From Saccharofermentanales bacterium (GTDB lineage: Bacteria > Bacillota > Clostridia > Saccharofermentanales > DTU023), in the NCBI GenBank assembly GCA_050951845.1, contig JBMNJV010000001.1, positions 102,905-166,904 on the forward strand: 64,000 bases of DNA. Direction: 5' to 3'. The notes beneath the pieces are model-generated. The model saw nothing but the letters and a program-made list of their open reading frames with translations. It made no database searches and was not told the origin of the DNA. Position 1 is the first letter of the stretch. Every line of letters starts with the position of its first letter. The translations under genes were made by a program, and so were the position numbers. Positions 52,635 through 63,116 of the stretch are shown here, piece by piece.

Positions 52635-54122
52635 ATGAGAGCCATCATTGTATTTTTCGATACTCTCAATCGTGACTATTTACCGCAATACAATCCTGAT
52701 TGCGGTACCATCGCACCAAATTTTGCAAGATTGGCCGAACGCAGCGTTCAATTCGACAACAACTATGTCGGATCTATGCCTTGTATTCCTGCCAGAAGAG
52801 ATGTCCATACAGGCCGCTATAATTTTCTTCATAGAGAATGGGGACCGTTAGAGCCTTTTGATGACTCTATGCCGGAAATTCTGAAAAAGAACGGAATTTA
52901 TACCCATTTAATCTCTGACCATCTGCACTACTGGGAAGACGGCGGGGCAACCTATCACTCCCGTTACTCCTCCTGGGAAATAGTTCGTGGTCAGGCAGGC
53001 GATCACTGGAAAGGCGAGCTTAAAGATCCTGAAGTTCCGGAAGTAGTTCGCGTTCCTCAAAGGCAGCAAGGTGGCGGTATAGCATCAGGATGGCGCTATG
53101 ACTGGATAAACCGCGGGCATATCAAATCCGAGGCAGATTTCCCTCAAACTCAGTGTTTTGATTTGAGTTGTGAATTCATCGAAAAGAATAAAGACTACGA
53201 TAACTGGTTCCTGCATATTGAGACTTTCGATCCTCATGAACCTTTCTTCGTGCCTCAAAAATATTTAGATATGTATCCGACAGATTATGACGGCAAGCTC
53301 TTCGACTGGCCGCGCGGCCCGCTGCAAGAAAGTGAAGAAGTTGTACAAGAAGCCAGAAGACGTTATCAGGCTCTGATCACCATGTGCGACCGGAGTTTGG
53401 GACGCATCATGGATATGATGGACGAGTATAACATGTGGGATGATACCCTCCTACTCGTAGGAACGGACCATGGCTTCCTTTTAGGCGAACATGATTATTG
53501 GGGTAAAAATTTAATGCCTTATTACAATCAAGTTGCCCATGCTCCTCTGTTTATCTGGGATCCGCGTTACGGCGTGAAAGGAGAGCACAGAGAATCTCTC
53601 GTTCAAATGATAGACTGGACACCAACTTTATTAAATTTCTTCGGCCAAGACATTCCGGAGGATGTTCAAGGGAGCAAATTGGATAACGTTATCACAGATG
53701 ATGAGTCTAACAGAGATTATGCACTCTTCGGAGTTTTCAGCGGTCATGCCAATATTACTGATGGCAGATACGTTTACATGAGAGCTCCGGAGCCGGATAA
53801 AAAAGACGATGTCTATAACTACACTCTGATGCCGGTTCATATGATGAATCGTTTCACACCTGATGAATTGAGAGATATGGAGCTTCATCCTCCTTTCTCC
53901 TTCACGAAAGGTTGTTCCGTCTTAAAGATTAAGAGCAAAGACCGTTACAACGTAGCCCGCTATGGTACACGTCTCTACGATCTCGAAAATGATCCCAAAC
54001 AGGAAAATCCCATTGACGATCCTGAAATCGAAGAGAGAATGAAACGTCTGCTCGTAAAAGCATTGAAAGAAAATGATTGTCCGAAGGAACAATACGTAAG
54101 ATATGGTTTAACAGAAGAATAG
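52635..54122 (+). CDS. Cys-type sulfatase without signal peptide (copy 2)
   Basis: Identical translation to 26889-28376. Confidence 0.85.
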   Translation: MRAIIVFFDTLNRDYLPQYNPDCGTIAPNFARLAERSVQFDNNYVGSMPCIPARRDVHTGRYNFLHREWGPLEPFDDSMPEILKKNGIYTHLISDHLHYWEDGGATYHSRYSSWEIVRGQAGDHWKGELKDPEVPEVVRVPQRQQGGGIASGWRYDWINRGHIKSEADFPQTQCFDLSCEFIEKNKDYDNWFLHIETFDPHEPFFVPQKYLDMYPTDYDGKLFDWPRGPLQESEEVVQEARRRYQALITMCDRSLGRIMDMMDEYNMWDDTLLLVGTDHGFLLGEHDYWGKNLMPYYNQVAHAPLFIWDPRYGVKGEHRESLVQMIDWTPTLLNFFGQDIPEDVQGSKLDNVITDDESNRDYALFGVFSGHANITDGRYVYMRAPEPDKKDDVYNYTLMPVHMMNRFTPDELRDMELHPPFSFTKGCSVLKIKSKDRYNVARYGTRLYDLENDPKQENPIDDPEIEERMKRLLVKALKENDCPKEQYVRYGLTEE

Positions 54123-54159
54123 CTTTACAGTTCCATTGATAAACCGGACCAACAAAAAA

Positions 54160-54198
54160 GCCTTTCCCATGATTCTCTTTAACGGGAGAGGCTTTTTT
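54160..54198. terminator. Bidirectional rho-independent terminator (copy 2)
   Basis: Identical to 28414-28452. Confidence 0.75.
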
Positions 54199-54324
54199 AT
54201 ATTCAGAATTTTATGACTTCCGACATTTTGCACTTTCCGACATTTGATCCCTGCAAATACAGGCTGTCATTTGCCGGCCACCTCTATCTGAAACCACATT
54301 GTCGGGATGTATTCCTGAAATACT

Positions 54325-55596
54325 TCAGCCAATCATCCTCTTTCCTGAATAAAGAGACTTACAATTACCGTCACAAATTTGAGTACGTATTTTCAGTTTA
54401 TAGTTTTTGTCACGTTCGGTGAAAATCGGCAAGTTGCAAATTCGGGTGCTTGTTTTGAGTTTGCCGGAAAGCAGAGCAGAGACACGTTTTTGTATCTCTT
54501 CTTCTATTTGAACATCTCCCAGAACATAGACCTCAAGCTCAAGTACATCACCGGCAAATTCAGCCTTAACATCTGCCAATTCTTTGATACCAAACAGCAC
54601 TTCATCCAGATCCGACATGCGCAAATTATCGTCAAGACGCCCCTCCACCTCTATTCTGGCACTCACGGCTCCGCAAGGACACGGCTCCGCCAGGATACGG
54701 GCCCTGTCACCCGTCCTGTATCTTATGAGCGGCATTATCTCCATTCCTACGGTCGTTATAACCAATTCTCCGTAGTCACCGTCAGGGACAGGTTTCCCGT
54801 TTTTTCCGATAATTTCAGTAATAATATGATTCTCCCTGACATGCATGCCCTCATGAGCCTGACAGGTTACAGCTCCTCCGAGACAAGATTCTCTGAGACC
54901 GTAGTGCGGAAAGAGCCTGCTGCCCAGTATATCTTCGATTTCCCGCTGAACAGAAACAGAACAGACATCCGCAGAAACCAGGGCGCGTTTTAATGTAGAA
55001 TTATTACCGCAGAATCTGAGCAATGAGAGCAGGGGTACCGGCATGCCTATATATGTATCGGGACGCTCAATACGCATCATTTCATTCAGTTCCGCATAAC
55101 TTAAGTCCGAACCTGCCCTGATAGGCTTTGCACCCAGCAATTCCACCGCCCTTGCTATCAGCTCGCCCAGGCCGCCAGAAACGGAAAAAGGCATAGTAAT
55201 CAGCACAGTTTCGCCAGCCGCAGTCATCTCGGATATACCCGCAGCAAAAAAGCTGACTGTATTCTCCAAATCCCCGTCGGAATAAAAGATCCTCTTGGAA
55301 GGACCTGTGGTTCCGCTGGTGATGCCTGAAATAACCCTGCTCACCTCCGACTGAGAACCGAGAAGTAAAGAAGCAGCGTTTTCAGCCAGATCTTCTGCAG
55401 TTGTAAAGGGAAGGCCGGCTAATTCTCTCAGACTTGTGAGATGCTCCGGCAGATCAGCATAAAATCCCCCTCGTTTTTTTTCCTTGGCTAAGAGGGCATT
55501 CAGCTTGCTCAGCTGCAAGTTATCCAATATCTCTCCGGTCAAACAGGGAATATTTTCTTGATCACAGATCCATTTATCTAAGGCAGACTTTTTCAT
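54325..55596 (-). CDS. PaaK-like adenylate-forming enzyme (copy 2)
   Basis: Identical translation to 28579-29850. Confidence 0.75.
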   Translation of the reverse strand: MKKSALDKWICDQENIPCLTGEILDNLQLSKLNALLAKEKKRGGFYADLPEHLTSLRELAGLPFTTAEDLAENAASLLLGSQSEVSRVISGITSGTTGPSKRIFYSDGDLENTVSFFAAGISEMTAAGETVLITMPFSVSGGLGELIARAVELLGAKPIRAGSDLSYAELNEMMRIERPDTYIGMPVPLLSLLRFCGNNSTLKRALVSADVCSVSVQREIEDILGSRLFPHYGLRESCLGGAVTCQAHEGMHVRENHIITEIIGKNGKPVPDGDYGELVITTVGMEIMPLIRYRTGDRARILAEPCPCGAVSARIEVEGRLDDNLRMSDLDEVLFGIKELADVKAEFAGDVLELEVYVLGDVQIEEEIQKRVSALLSGKLKTSTRICNLPIFTERDKNYKLKIRTQICDGNCKSLYSGKRMIG

Positions 55597-55699
55597 TTTC
55601 CGTATCAGGTCTCTCCTTTGCTGTGCGTGAGTTTGCAGAAGCAAAAAGGAACTATGTCACGCTCACTGTCTGCTGCACAAAATAATATGAATTTCTGAC

Positions 55700-56125
55700 T
55701 TAAATCAAATCGTATTTCTGCATGATCAAGATGCATTTTTCCAGCGTGTCTCTGACTACCATGGGGCAGCGCAGTACTTTGTTGCCCGGATCACCTTCCA
55801 AAATCTGCCTGCAGTCTATACCGCCGTATTCGGCAGTATATTCAACAAACCATTCATATAACTCTTTTGACATGCTTTTCAAATTGACGTTCTCCACTTC
55901 GTCATCTCCGCCTCTTCCGCCAAAATAACTTAAAAAGCACATTCCCCCGCTGAGAGCGCCGCAGACCTCGCCAGAACCGTCAAGGCCTCCTCTCAGACCG
56001 GCCATGGCACGGACTAAGTCAGGATTTTCCTTACCCTCACTCTCAAGAGCAATCAATAGTATTACCTGTGCACAAGAATAACCTTTTTGCGAAAGCTCTA
56101 ATAGTCTGTCGAAGATATCACTCAT
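55700..56125 (-). CDS. C_GCAxxG_C_C family protein (copy 2)
   Basis: Identical translation to 29954-30379. Confidence 0.7.
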   Translation of the reverse strand: MSDIFDRLLELSQKGYSCAQVILLIALESEGKENPDLVRAMAGLRGGLDGSGEVCGALSGGMCFLSYFGGRGGDDEVENVNLKSMSKELYEWFVEYTAEYGGIDCRQILEGDPGNKVLRCPMVVRDTLEKCILIMQKYDLI

Positions 56126-56130
56126 AGAAT

Positions 56131-56721
56131 TCACATCCTTTCACTGACACTTAAAAAATACCTGAATCTTTTTGTACAATAATCATCGTGTTTAAGCTTA
56201 CAGAACTTCTCCGCAGTCCCGTCCCATATCCTCTCAATGTAATAGTATTTCCATTCGTCAGTAATATCCACACAGGATAGGGGGTTAAAACCGCCTGTCC
56301 GCAAAAATTTATAAAAATTTGCCTCATCACCATAAAAAATATCTGAGAGGAGAAGTTTTCCGCCTCTTATCAGCAGCCTGTGAGCTTCCCTGAGAGCTGC
56401 GCAGCCATCTCCCGAGATAAAAAAAGCACATTCGGATATAATCGCTTCAAAGCTCCCGTCGGAAAAACAGGCCCTCAACATATCGCCTCCGGTCACATCT
56501 TCCCCGGGCTCCAGATCTATACCGCAGGCATCAAAACCCAGCTCTTTTAATAGTTTGAGAGTAGCTCCGCTCCCGGCTCCCATGTCCAGAATTCTGCAGG
56601 GCTCAATACCCGAATGCTTGATCAGACGTCTCGTTGTTTTCCGGCCGCCGGGATGCCTTTCAAGCTTCTCTTTATATCCCGTGTTCAGACATAAAGAATC
56701 AGTAAATCCTGATACATCCAC
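56131..56721 (-). CDS. SAM-dependent methyltransferase (copy 2)
   Basis: Identical translation to 30385-30975. Confidence 0.8.
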   Translation of the reverse strand: MDVSGFTDSLCLNTGYKEKLERHPGGRKTTRRLIKHSGIEPCRILDMGAGSGATLKLLKELGFDACGIDLEPGEDVTGGDMLRACFSDGSFEAIISECAFFISGDGCAALREAHRLLIRGGKLLLSDIFYGDEANFYKFLRTGGFNPLSCVDITDEWKYYYIERIWDGTAEKFCKLKHDDYCTKRFRYFLSVSERM

Positions 56722-56942
56722 TACTTATCCTCCAGAACCTTCTCTACGGAAAGAACCTTACCCAGAGCCAAATCCTCCGGGACATAAACAAAGCCGCATT
56801 TAGGGCAGGCGGGTAACTCGACGGGAAATGAATTGTCCAGATATTCAAAAACCGCCTCCGTCTTTTCCAGAGGGATACCGCACTTGCTGCAGATGAGATT
56901 TTCCTCCGCTTCCACAGAGTAATATACTTTATTGTCTGTCAT
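56721..56942 (-). CDS. Small zinc-ribbon protein (copy 2)
   Basis: Identical translation to 30975-31196. Confidence 0.7.
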   Translation of the reverse strand: MTDNKVYYSVEAEENLICSKCGIPLEKTEAVFEYLDNSFPVELPACPKCGFVYVPEDLALGKVLSVEKVLEDK

Positions 56943-59242
56943 ACATCATACCTCGTTCTCACCTTCATGCGGTGACTGTATGCTCCTTTGATATTGTAAA
57001 CGCCCGCTTCGTCCTCTGTAAATCTGAGCCAAAATGTGACATTACCCTTTCTCAAAGAACTCGTGAGCAGGCCGCTTTTTTCATCGTAGACGGCACTTCC
57101 GCCGGCATGATACGCCCCTATGACGTCATATACGTCTTCCTCCAGAATCATGCGCTGATCAAGAATTTTGGCCACATCCTCCGGTATCACTATCTTGTAT
57201 TCGGGACTCACCACTATTACCTCCTCATTCCATATCTCTTCCAACAGCTTACGCTTGAGATTCAGTCTGTTTTTGCGCTTCTCGGATATATCGGGCGGGT
57301 TACCTGCCGGAGCTGCATAAACAAGTTCAAGTACATGCATACTCTCCCTTCCTTCTCTGGCGAAGCGGTCGCGGCAGGCCATGCAATAACTGATATAAGG
57401 CACATCTTCATCCTTGGTGCAACTTTGAGCCATCTTGGATGCGAGATCCTTATTTACATAACTCACGAGACCGCCGTAGCCGCAACATTCCGTCATGTCG
57501 CCGTTATACGGAACCTCCTTTAATGTGCAGCCTAAACTGGCAGTAAGCTTACGCAGAGCAACTTGCATATCGCTATCTCCTCTTGCGCTGCAGGAATCGT
57601 GCATGATCAGCGGTCTGTCGTATTCCAAGGCTCCCTCGGGCAATCCGTTTTCATTAAGTATATCCCAGATACCTTTCACCTCTGTCCCCGTCATTTCTTC
57701 AAGCGTCTTTTTGCAAGTGGGACAAGCAGCGATTATTTGAGGATTTCCGAGTTTATTCAGTTCGCTTTTTAAGAGTTCTTCACACTCCTCATAAATTGCA
57801 GTCCTTCCGGCCCATTTGGCTATAGCACCGCAACAGCCGTTGATCAGACCTACTCCTCCTTCAAGTCTTTCTGCCAGATCCGAATAGGCCTTAAATACCG
57901 CCTCAGGCGCTATGGCTCCGGCCTGACACCCCGGAAAAAACACATATTTGCATTCCTCATATCCTGATTGGGGCTTGGCAAGAAAAGCTTCATTGTTTGA
58001 AAAGAGCATGTCCAAAAGGGCAAATTCATGGTAGGCCAGAGACATCTTGGTCGTGCTGACCATATTTTCCCTGGCATCCCTGCAGATTTCAGCCATGTCA
58101 TAGCCGTTGGGACAAGTGAAAGTACACTGACCGCAGAGTGAACAAGAGTTTATGGTCTTATTCATCAGGTGGTCACCCATGATTATATCTACGTTGTTGT
58201 AAATCTCTCTGGTTAGTAACCGCGGGTATTTGCCCGTTTCCTGCAGAAAAACACAGTGTTTTATGCATTCCTCACATTTACACTGTATACATCGCGCAGC
58301 TTCTTCCATTGCAGCTTCTTTTGTGTAACCTTCTTCCGGCTCGGGGATTCGCTTTGAGGGAACCGCCTCACTCATGTCAGTGTAAAGCCTGGACTCTCTA
58401 GCCCCTTCTTCGCCCCGCGAACTTCCCGGATCCAAGCCCTGGGCTATGCGATCAGCGGAAACTCCCGCTCTCCTTGCATCAAAAATAGCTTCTAAAACAC
58501 TTATATCGCTGTTTTGCGAGCTGAGGAGCTTAGATACAGGAGATAACAGGGTCCTGCTGTCAGGTATATCTCCCGGAAAACATTCATCCAGAAAACTGCG
58601 GGCTGCAGCGACTATATTATAGATTTCCTGCTCGCTCTCAAATAACTCTTTTGTGAGCTTGGCAGAGTAAATAATTTTTATATCCATAGCCTCAAGCCTT
58701 GCAGCTTCTTTGGCCAAATCATCTTCCGATAAAAAAGGGGCACAGTCTTTAATCAGAGAGATTGCGTCCGCCTGGCTTACATAAAAACTCGTGGGATAGC
58801 TTTTTCTCGCCAGCTCCGCAGCCAGAGAAAGTGAAAACAGATCCGCACCGTACACTGCTGCCTTTTGCTTTTTCTTGAACTTCAGCATGCCCCTCCCCGT
58901 CTTCGGGCTGCCATGGTTGATCGCCGCACGTTCTAAAGCCGGAATATCAATACCTTCCCCGACTTCGTTCATCCTGCAGACCTCTTTGCAAGGAGCTGCA
59001 CAGCCGTAAACCAGGATACGAGGAAATGGCGTGACATGCTCAAGCATTGCACGAGCCTCGGAGAAATTACCTTTCTCTACAAAGGCTATCAGTTTTTTTG
59101 CGTCTAAACCCAAAGGACAGGCAGCGTGGCAAAAAGCGGGTTCTTCATAAATACAGCGATATTCACGCTCCAGCAATCCCTCTAAGCTATACAGCTTTTT
59201 TTGAATATAGTCCCTGGTAGATCTCTCTTTGAAATGGTCCAT
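56939..59242 (-). CDS. GltD/HdrD-like multidomain Fe-S oxidoreductase (copy 2)
   Basis: Identical translation to 31193-33496. Confidence 0.8.
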   Translation of the reverse strand: MDHFKERSTRDYIQKKLYSLEGLLEREYRCIYEEPAFCHAACPLGLDAKKLIAFVEKGNFSEARAMLEHVTPFPRILVYGCAAPCKEVCRMNEVGEGIDIPALERAAINHGSPKTGRGMLKFKKKQKAAVYGADLFSLSLAAELARKSYPTSFYVSQADAISLIKDCAPFLSEDDLAKEAARLEAMDIKIIYSAKLTKELFESEQEIYNIVAAARSFLDECFPGDIPDSRTLLSPVSKLLSSQNSDISVLEAIFDARRAGVSADRIAQGLDPGSSRGEEGARESRLYTDMSEAVPSKRIPEPEEGYTKEAAMEEAARCIQCKCEECIKHCVFLQETGKYPRLLTREIYNNVDIIMGDHLMNKTINSCSLCGQCTFTCPNGYDMAEICRDARENMVSTTKMSLAYHEFALLDMLFSNNEAFLAKPQSGYEECKYVFFPGCQAGAIAPEAVFKAYSDLAERLEGGVGLINGCCGAIAKWAGRTAIYEECEELLKSELNKLGNPQIIAACPTCKKTLEEMTGTEVKGIWDILNENGLPEGALEYDRPLIMHDSCSARGDSDMQVALRKLTASLGCTLKEVPYNGDMTECCGYGGLVSYVNKDLASKMAQSCTKDEDVPYISYCMACRDRFAREGRESMHVLELVYAAPAGNPPDISEKRKNRLNLKRKLLEEIWNEEVIVVSPEYKIVIPEDVAKILDQRMILEEDVYDVIGAYHAGGSAVYDEKSGLLTSSLRKGNVTFWLRFTEDEAGVYNIKGAYSHRMKVRTRYDV

Positions 59243-59501
59243 AAATTTCTCTCCATTTGTCTGGCAGTGCTAGGGAATAATCCTGCATAGTATTATTTTA
59301 GAGATACAGAATCATAGCCATCCTTTTAAGGATGGTTTGAAATCGGCTTATAAGACTTGTCAGCGCCCGGCATCTCAAGATGCCGGATTTCACTACATTC
59401 AAACAGAGAGGCGGTATAACCTGCCTCTCTGTTTATTATAATACATTAATTAAGTGTTTCGCTGACTATATAATATTTTACAATATTTTTTACTGACTAT
59501 C

Positions 59502-62258
59502 CTATAATTCTTTCAGTGCTTCCAGGACTACATCCGGTTTAGCAGGGACTCTGGTTATACGAGCGCCGGTAGCATTATAGATAGCGTTCAGTATAGCCGG
59601 ATGAGGTGCGGTCAGTGGTGCTTCACCGCAGCCTGCAGCTCCGAAGAGGCTATTCGGACGCGGATGAGATTCCTGATAGATAACTTCCAGGTTGTCAGGT
59701 ATATCCGTCGGATACGGAATGCCGCATCTGAGCAGAGATGTGTGCTTCTCAAGATCTTCGAAATCCTCGGTTAACGCCAGACCGATACCTTGTGCAAGTC
59801 CTCCGTAGAACTGTCCGTCTACGACGGCTTTATTCATTACAGTTCCGACATCGGCAACACAAGTAAATTTCTCAACTTTAACCTTGCCGGTTTCTGTGTC
59901 AACAGCTACCTCCGGCAGGAAAATGCTGTACATATATCCCGGGAACGGATCGCCCTGACCGGTTTCCTGGTTTAGTGCAACCGAAGCGGTGAAAGCATAA
60001 ACGCCTTTTGCATGGGTGTCTATTCCATCGGCCTGCATTTCCTCATATGTCCTGTATGTTCCGTCATCTTTCTTCATAGCTTTGACCAGGTTTTCACATG
60101 CAATACGAGTTGCATTGCCTGTCATTATTGTCGAACGGCTGCCGCCGGCAGGACCGGAGTTCGGGGTGTGCTTGGTATCACATTGGAATAATTTAATATC
60201 TTCCGGCTTAAAGCCTGCTTCTCTCAGTGCTTCGTGTGCCGAAGTAAGAGTTCCCATATCGGCACCTTGACCGTGATCTTCCCAGGAGTTTCTGACCAGG
60301 ACAGTATTATCAGGCTGTAAGTCGACCCAGCACTCGGAGACATCTGAGTTATCTAAGCTACAACCGTATACACCCAAGGAAACACCGATGCCGTATTTGA
60401 TTTTTCCGTCAGAAGCGGCGTTCTTTTCTTCTACGCGTTTCTTGGCTTCCAGATATTTCGGACGTGCCAGATCGTAAAGATCCTCTAAGCAATATACATC
60501 AGGTTTGCAGCCGGTTGGCGTGCGAGAGTCTTCACTTTCCTTGTAGCAGTTCATAGCTCTCATTTCGAAAGGATCGATTCCCATCTTGGCAGCGAGGCAG
60601 TCAATAGCTATATCGCTACCCATAAAGGCCTGAGGTGAACCGTAAGCTCTGAATGCCGAACCCCATGCGTGATTGGTAAATACTGTTGAATTTTTGCTTC
60701 TTATACTCGGGATATCAAGACCTGCGCCCACGAACTGAGTCAATCTGTGAGTGAGAAGATCGCCGAATTCCGAGTACGGACCGTGATCAATGTAATTACG
60801 GCCCCAGAGTGCCTGGATCTTACCGTCATCATCGGCAGCAAGCTTGATATTCATGAAGCCCGGGCTTCTCTTTCCGGTATAAGTGATGGATTGATACATA
60901 TTAAAGTTAAGGCTGACAGGGCGCTGTGTAACAAAAGCGGCAACTCCCAGCAGAGCCTCGTTTGTCGGTGAGAATTTATATCCGAAGGTACCTCCGGCAT
61001 TATTTTGAACCATTCTTAAGTTTTCCATCTCAACACCGATACCTTCAGCAATCATCGGCATATGGAGGTGGATACCTATACTCTTGGAATGAATAGTGAG
61101 CATTCCGTCTTCGTCTATGTATGCATAGCCGTTGTCAGGCTCGAGGTACATGTGAGGCTGACGTGAACAGTAGCTCTCGATTTCTATTTGATTTTCTTCA
61201 GGTACGCTGTCCCAATCGAAATCAGGTCCCTTGATACAATTTGTCTCGTAATATTCGTTAGGAATTCCCGGATGAATTTCGATTGCGTCAGGCGCAAGTG
61301 CTTCAGGCACACTCATGTACGCAGGGAGAACTTCCAGATCAACTTTTACAGCTTTTGCAGCCGCCCTGGCTTGTTCCTCTGTGTCTGCAGCTACGATCGC
61401 TATGGCATCGCCGAATTGGAAAACTTTCTCGTCACAAAGTATCGGGCGATCCCAGCCGTCACATTTGTTGTTTAACGGTAACATGACGAGACCGTTGATA
61501 CGGTTCTTTCCGGGAACATCTTTGGCAGTGATAATCTTGTATACTCCGGGCATTTTTTCCGCCTCGGAAGTATCTATACCTTTGATATTGGCATGTGAAA
61601 CTTCAGCTTGAACCAGGGCAAGACGTAAGGTGTCCGGAGGCATATAAAGTGCATCGTCCGCACCGAAGTCCCAGGTTCCCGTTACTTTCATTGCAGCTGA
61701 AGGACGTACATACTCCGTGCCGAGTATGCGATTGTCTGTCGGTTCAAACATGAGATCTTCTTTGGTTTTTTCACCTCGCAATACTGCAGCCGCTGCCATG
61801 GTGGCATCGATGAGAGGCTTATAGCCGGTACATCTGCAGAGATTACGGCATTTGTTGAACCATGCGCTGACTTCTTCTCTGGTCGGATCAGGATTTTGAT
61901 CAAGCAGAACCTTGGCACTGATTATGAAGCCGGGGCTGCAGAAACCGCACTGTGCACATCCATAAGCCATCCATGCCACTTGAAGCGGATGGAGATTGTC
62001 AAGTGTACCTATACCTTCAATTGTCGTGATTTCAGAAAAATCAGGAACATTTGAGATCGGTACGATACAGGACCTGGTTACTTTTCCGTCTAATATAACA
62101 TTACAAGCTCCGCATTGACCTTGCCCACAGCCGATCTTACATCCTGTGAGCAGAAGACGCTCACGAAGTATAGTTGAGAGCTTTTCATCACCCTTGACGA
62201 GAATACTCCTCTTAACTCCGTTAATATTCAGAATTTTTTTAGTGACTCCCTTACCCAT
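59502..62258 (-). CDS. MOP-type molybdenum aldehyde oxidoreductase (copy 2)
   Basis: Identical translation to 33756-36512. Confidence 0.85.
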   Translation of the reverse strand: MGKGVTKKILNINGVKRSILVKGDEKLSTILRERLLLTGCKIGCGQGQCGACNVILDGKVTRSCIVPISNVPDFSEITTIEGIGTLDNLHPLQVAWMAYGCAQCGFCSPGFIISAKVLLDQNPDPTREEVSAWFNKCRNLCRCTGYKPLIDATMAAAAVLRGEKTKEDLMFEPTDNRILGTEYVRPSAAMKVTGTWDFGADDALYMPPDTLRLALVQAEVSHANIKGIDTSEAEKMPGVYKIITAKDVPGKNRINGLVMLPLNNKCDGWDRPILCDEKVFQFGDAIAIVAADTEEQARAAAKAVKVDLEVLPAYMSVPEALAPDAIEIHPGIPNEYYETNCIKGPDFDWDSVPEENQIEIESYCSRQPHMYLEPDNGYAYIDEDGMLTIHSKSIGIHLHMPMIAEGIGVEMENLRMVQNNAGGTFGYKFSPTNEALLGVAAFVTQRPVSLNFNMYQSITYTGKRSPGFMNIKLAADDDGKIQALWGRNYIDHGPYSEFGDLLTHRLTQFVGAGLDIPSIRSKNSTVFTNHAWGSAFRAYGSPQAFMGSDIAIDCLAAKMGIDPFEMRAMNCYKESEDSRTPTGCKPDVYCLEDLYDLARPKYLEAKKRVEEKNAASDGKIKYGIGVSLGVYGCSLDNSDVSECWVDLQPDNTVLVRNSWEDHGQGADMGTLTSAHEALREAGFKPEDIKLFQCDTKHTPNSGPAGGSRSTIMTGNATRIACENLVKAMKKDDGTYRTYEEMQADGIDTHAKGVYAFTASVALNQETGQGDPFPGYMYSIFLPEVAVDTETGKVKVEKFTCVADVGTVMNKAVVDGQFYGGLAQGIGLALTEDFEDLEKHTSLLRCGIPYPTDIPDNLEVIYQESHPRPNSLFGAAGCGEAPLTAPHPAILNAIYNATGARITRVPAKPDVVLEALKEL

Positions 62259-62282
62259 TCTGGATTCTCCTTTCTGGATTAC

Positions 62283-62418
62283 CTCTTGATTTTCTCTCTT
62301 GAATCTCTTGTTCTCTTGTTTTTCTCGTGATTTCTTCCGATTTTCTCTTGATTTTCTCTTGATTATTTCTCGATTTACTCTTGATTTGCTTTTGATTTGC
62401 TTTTGATTTGCTTTTCTA
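62283..62418 (-). repeat. Phased 11-nt CTCTTGATTT repeat array in the mop leader (copy 2)
   Basis: Compared base by base with 36537-36672 and found identical. Confidence 0.85.
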
Positions 62419-62601
62419 CAATTATTAAGATTTTTACGACAAAATTTACATTAAGACATTGCTAAAAAGTTGTTTTAATGTAAACCTCTGTTGAGACTGC
62501 AATTAATTTTATTGCTGACCGGTTGCTGACTGTTACCATCTTTATTTTTATTGTAAACTGTTACCATCTTATATTCTTATATTTATGAAAGGAGACAGTT
62601 T

Positions 62602-62859
62602 ATGAATAACAATGCCGACATGCCTAAAAAAATTACTGCGGATGAGATTAAAGTCGAAGTAGTCGATAAGGATACGGGAATAACTTATGTGAGAAAACTC
62701 CCTATAAACTACCTGGAAACATCTAATTTTCTTCGTCTTTCCGCTGAAGACAGCCAAGGAAAACCGTCTTCACTTGTATTCTACACCGAACAGGGAGTCC
62801 TTGGTCTCCGGGATATGACAGGCGGCGGACCGGATACCCACCGCTGTGAAGATCACTAG
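62602..62859 (+). CDS. Hypothetical 85-aa protein (copy 2)
   Basis: Identical translation to 36856-37113. Confidence 0.5.
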   Translation: MNNNADMPKKITADEIKVEVVDKDTGITYVRKLPINYLETSNFLRLSAEDSQGKPSSLVFYTEQGVLGLRDMTGGGPDTHRCEDH

Positions 62860-63116
62860 GAATAATAATATTCCACATTTTTCAACGTAAATTCTAAGAT
62901 ATTCCCGATAATACTCTACTTAAATAAATTTTAATAATAGAGTATTTTTCTGTCAAATTGTTTGTCATTACAAGTTGTATTTGTTTACAACTCGAGTAAA
63001 ACTGTTTATACTATTTTTAACAATTCGGCAAGGGGGCTATCTCCAAAAAGTGAGCAGTTTCCATACTTGAGGAATCCTTCTTTGGAAACAGTACCCACAT
63101 AACGAAAGGTGAAACT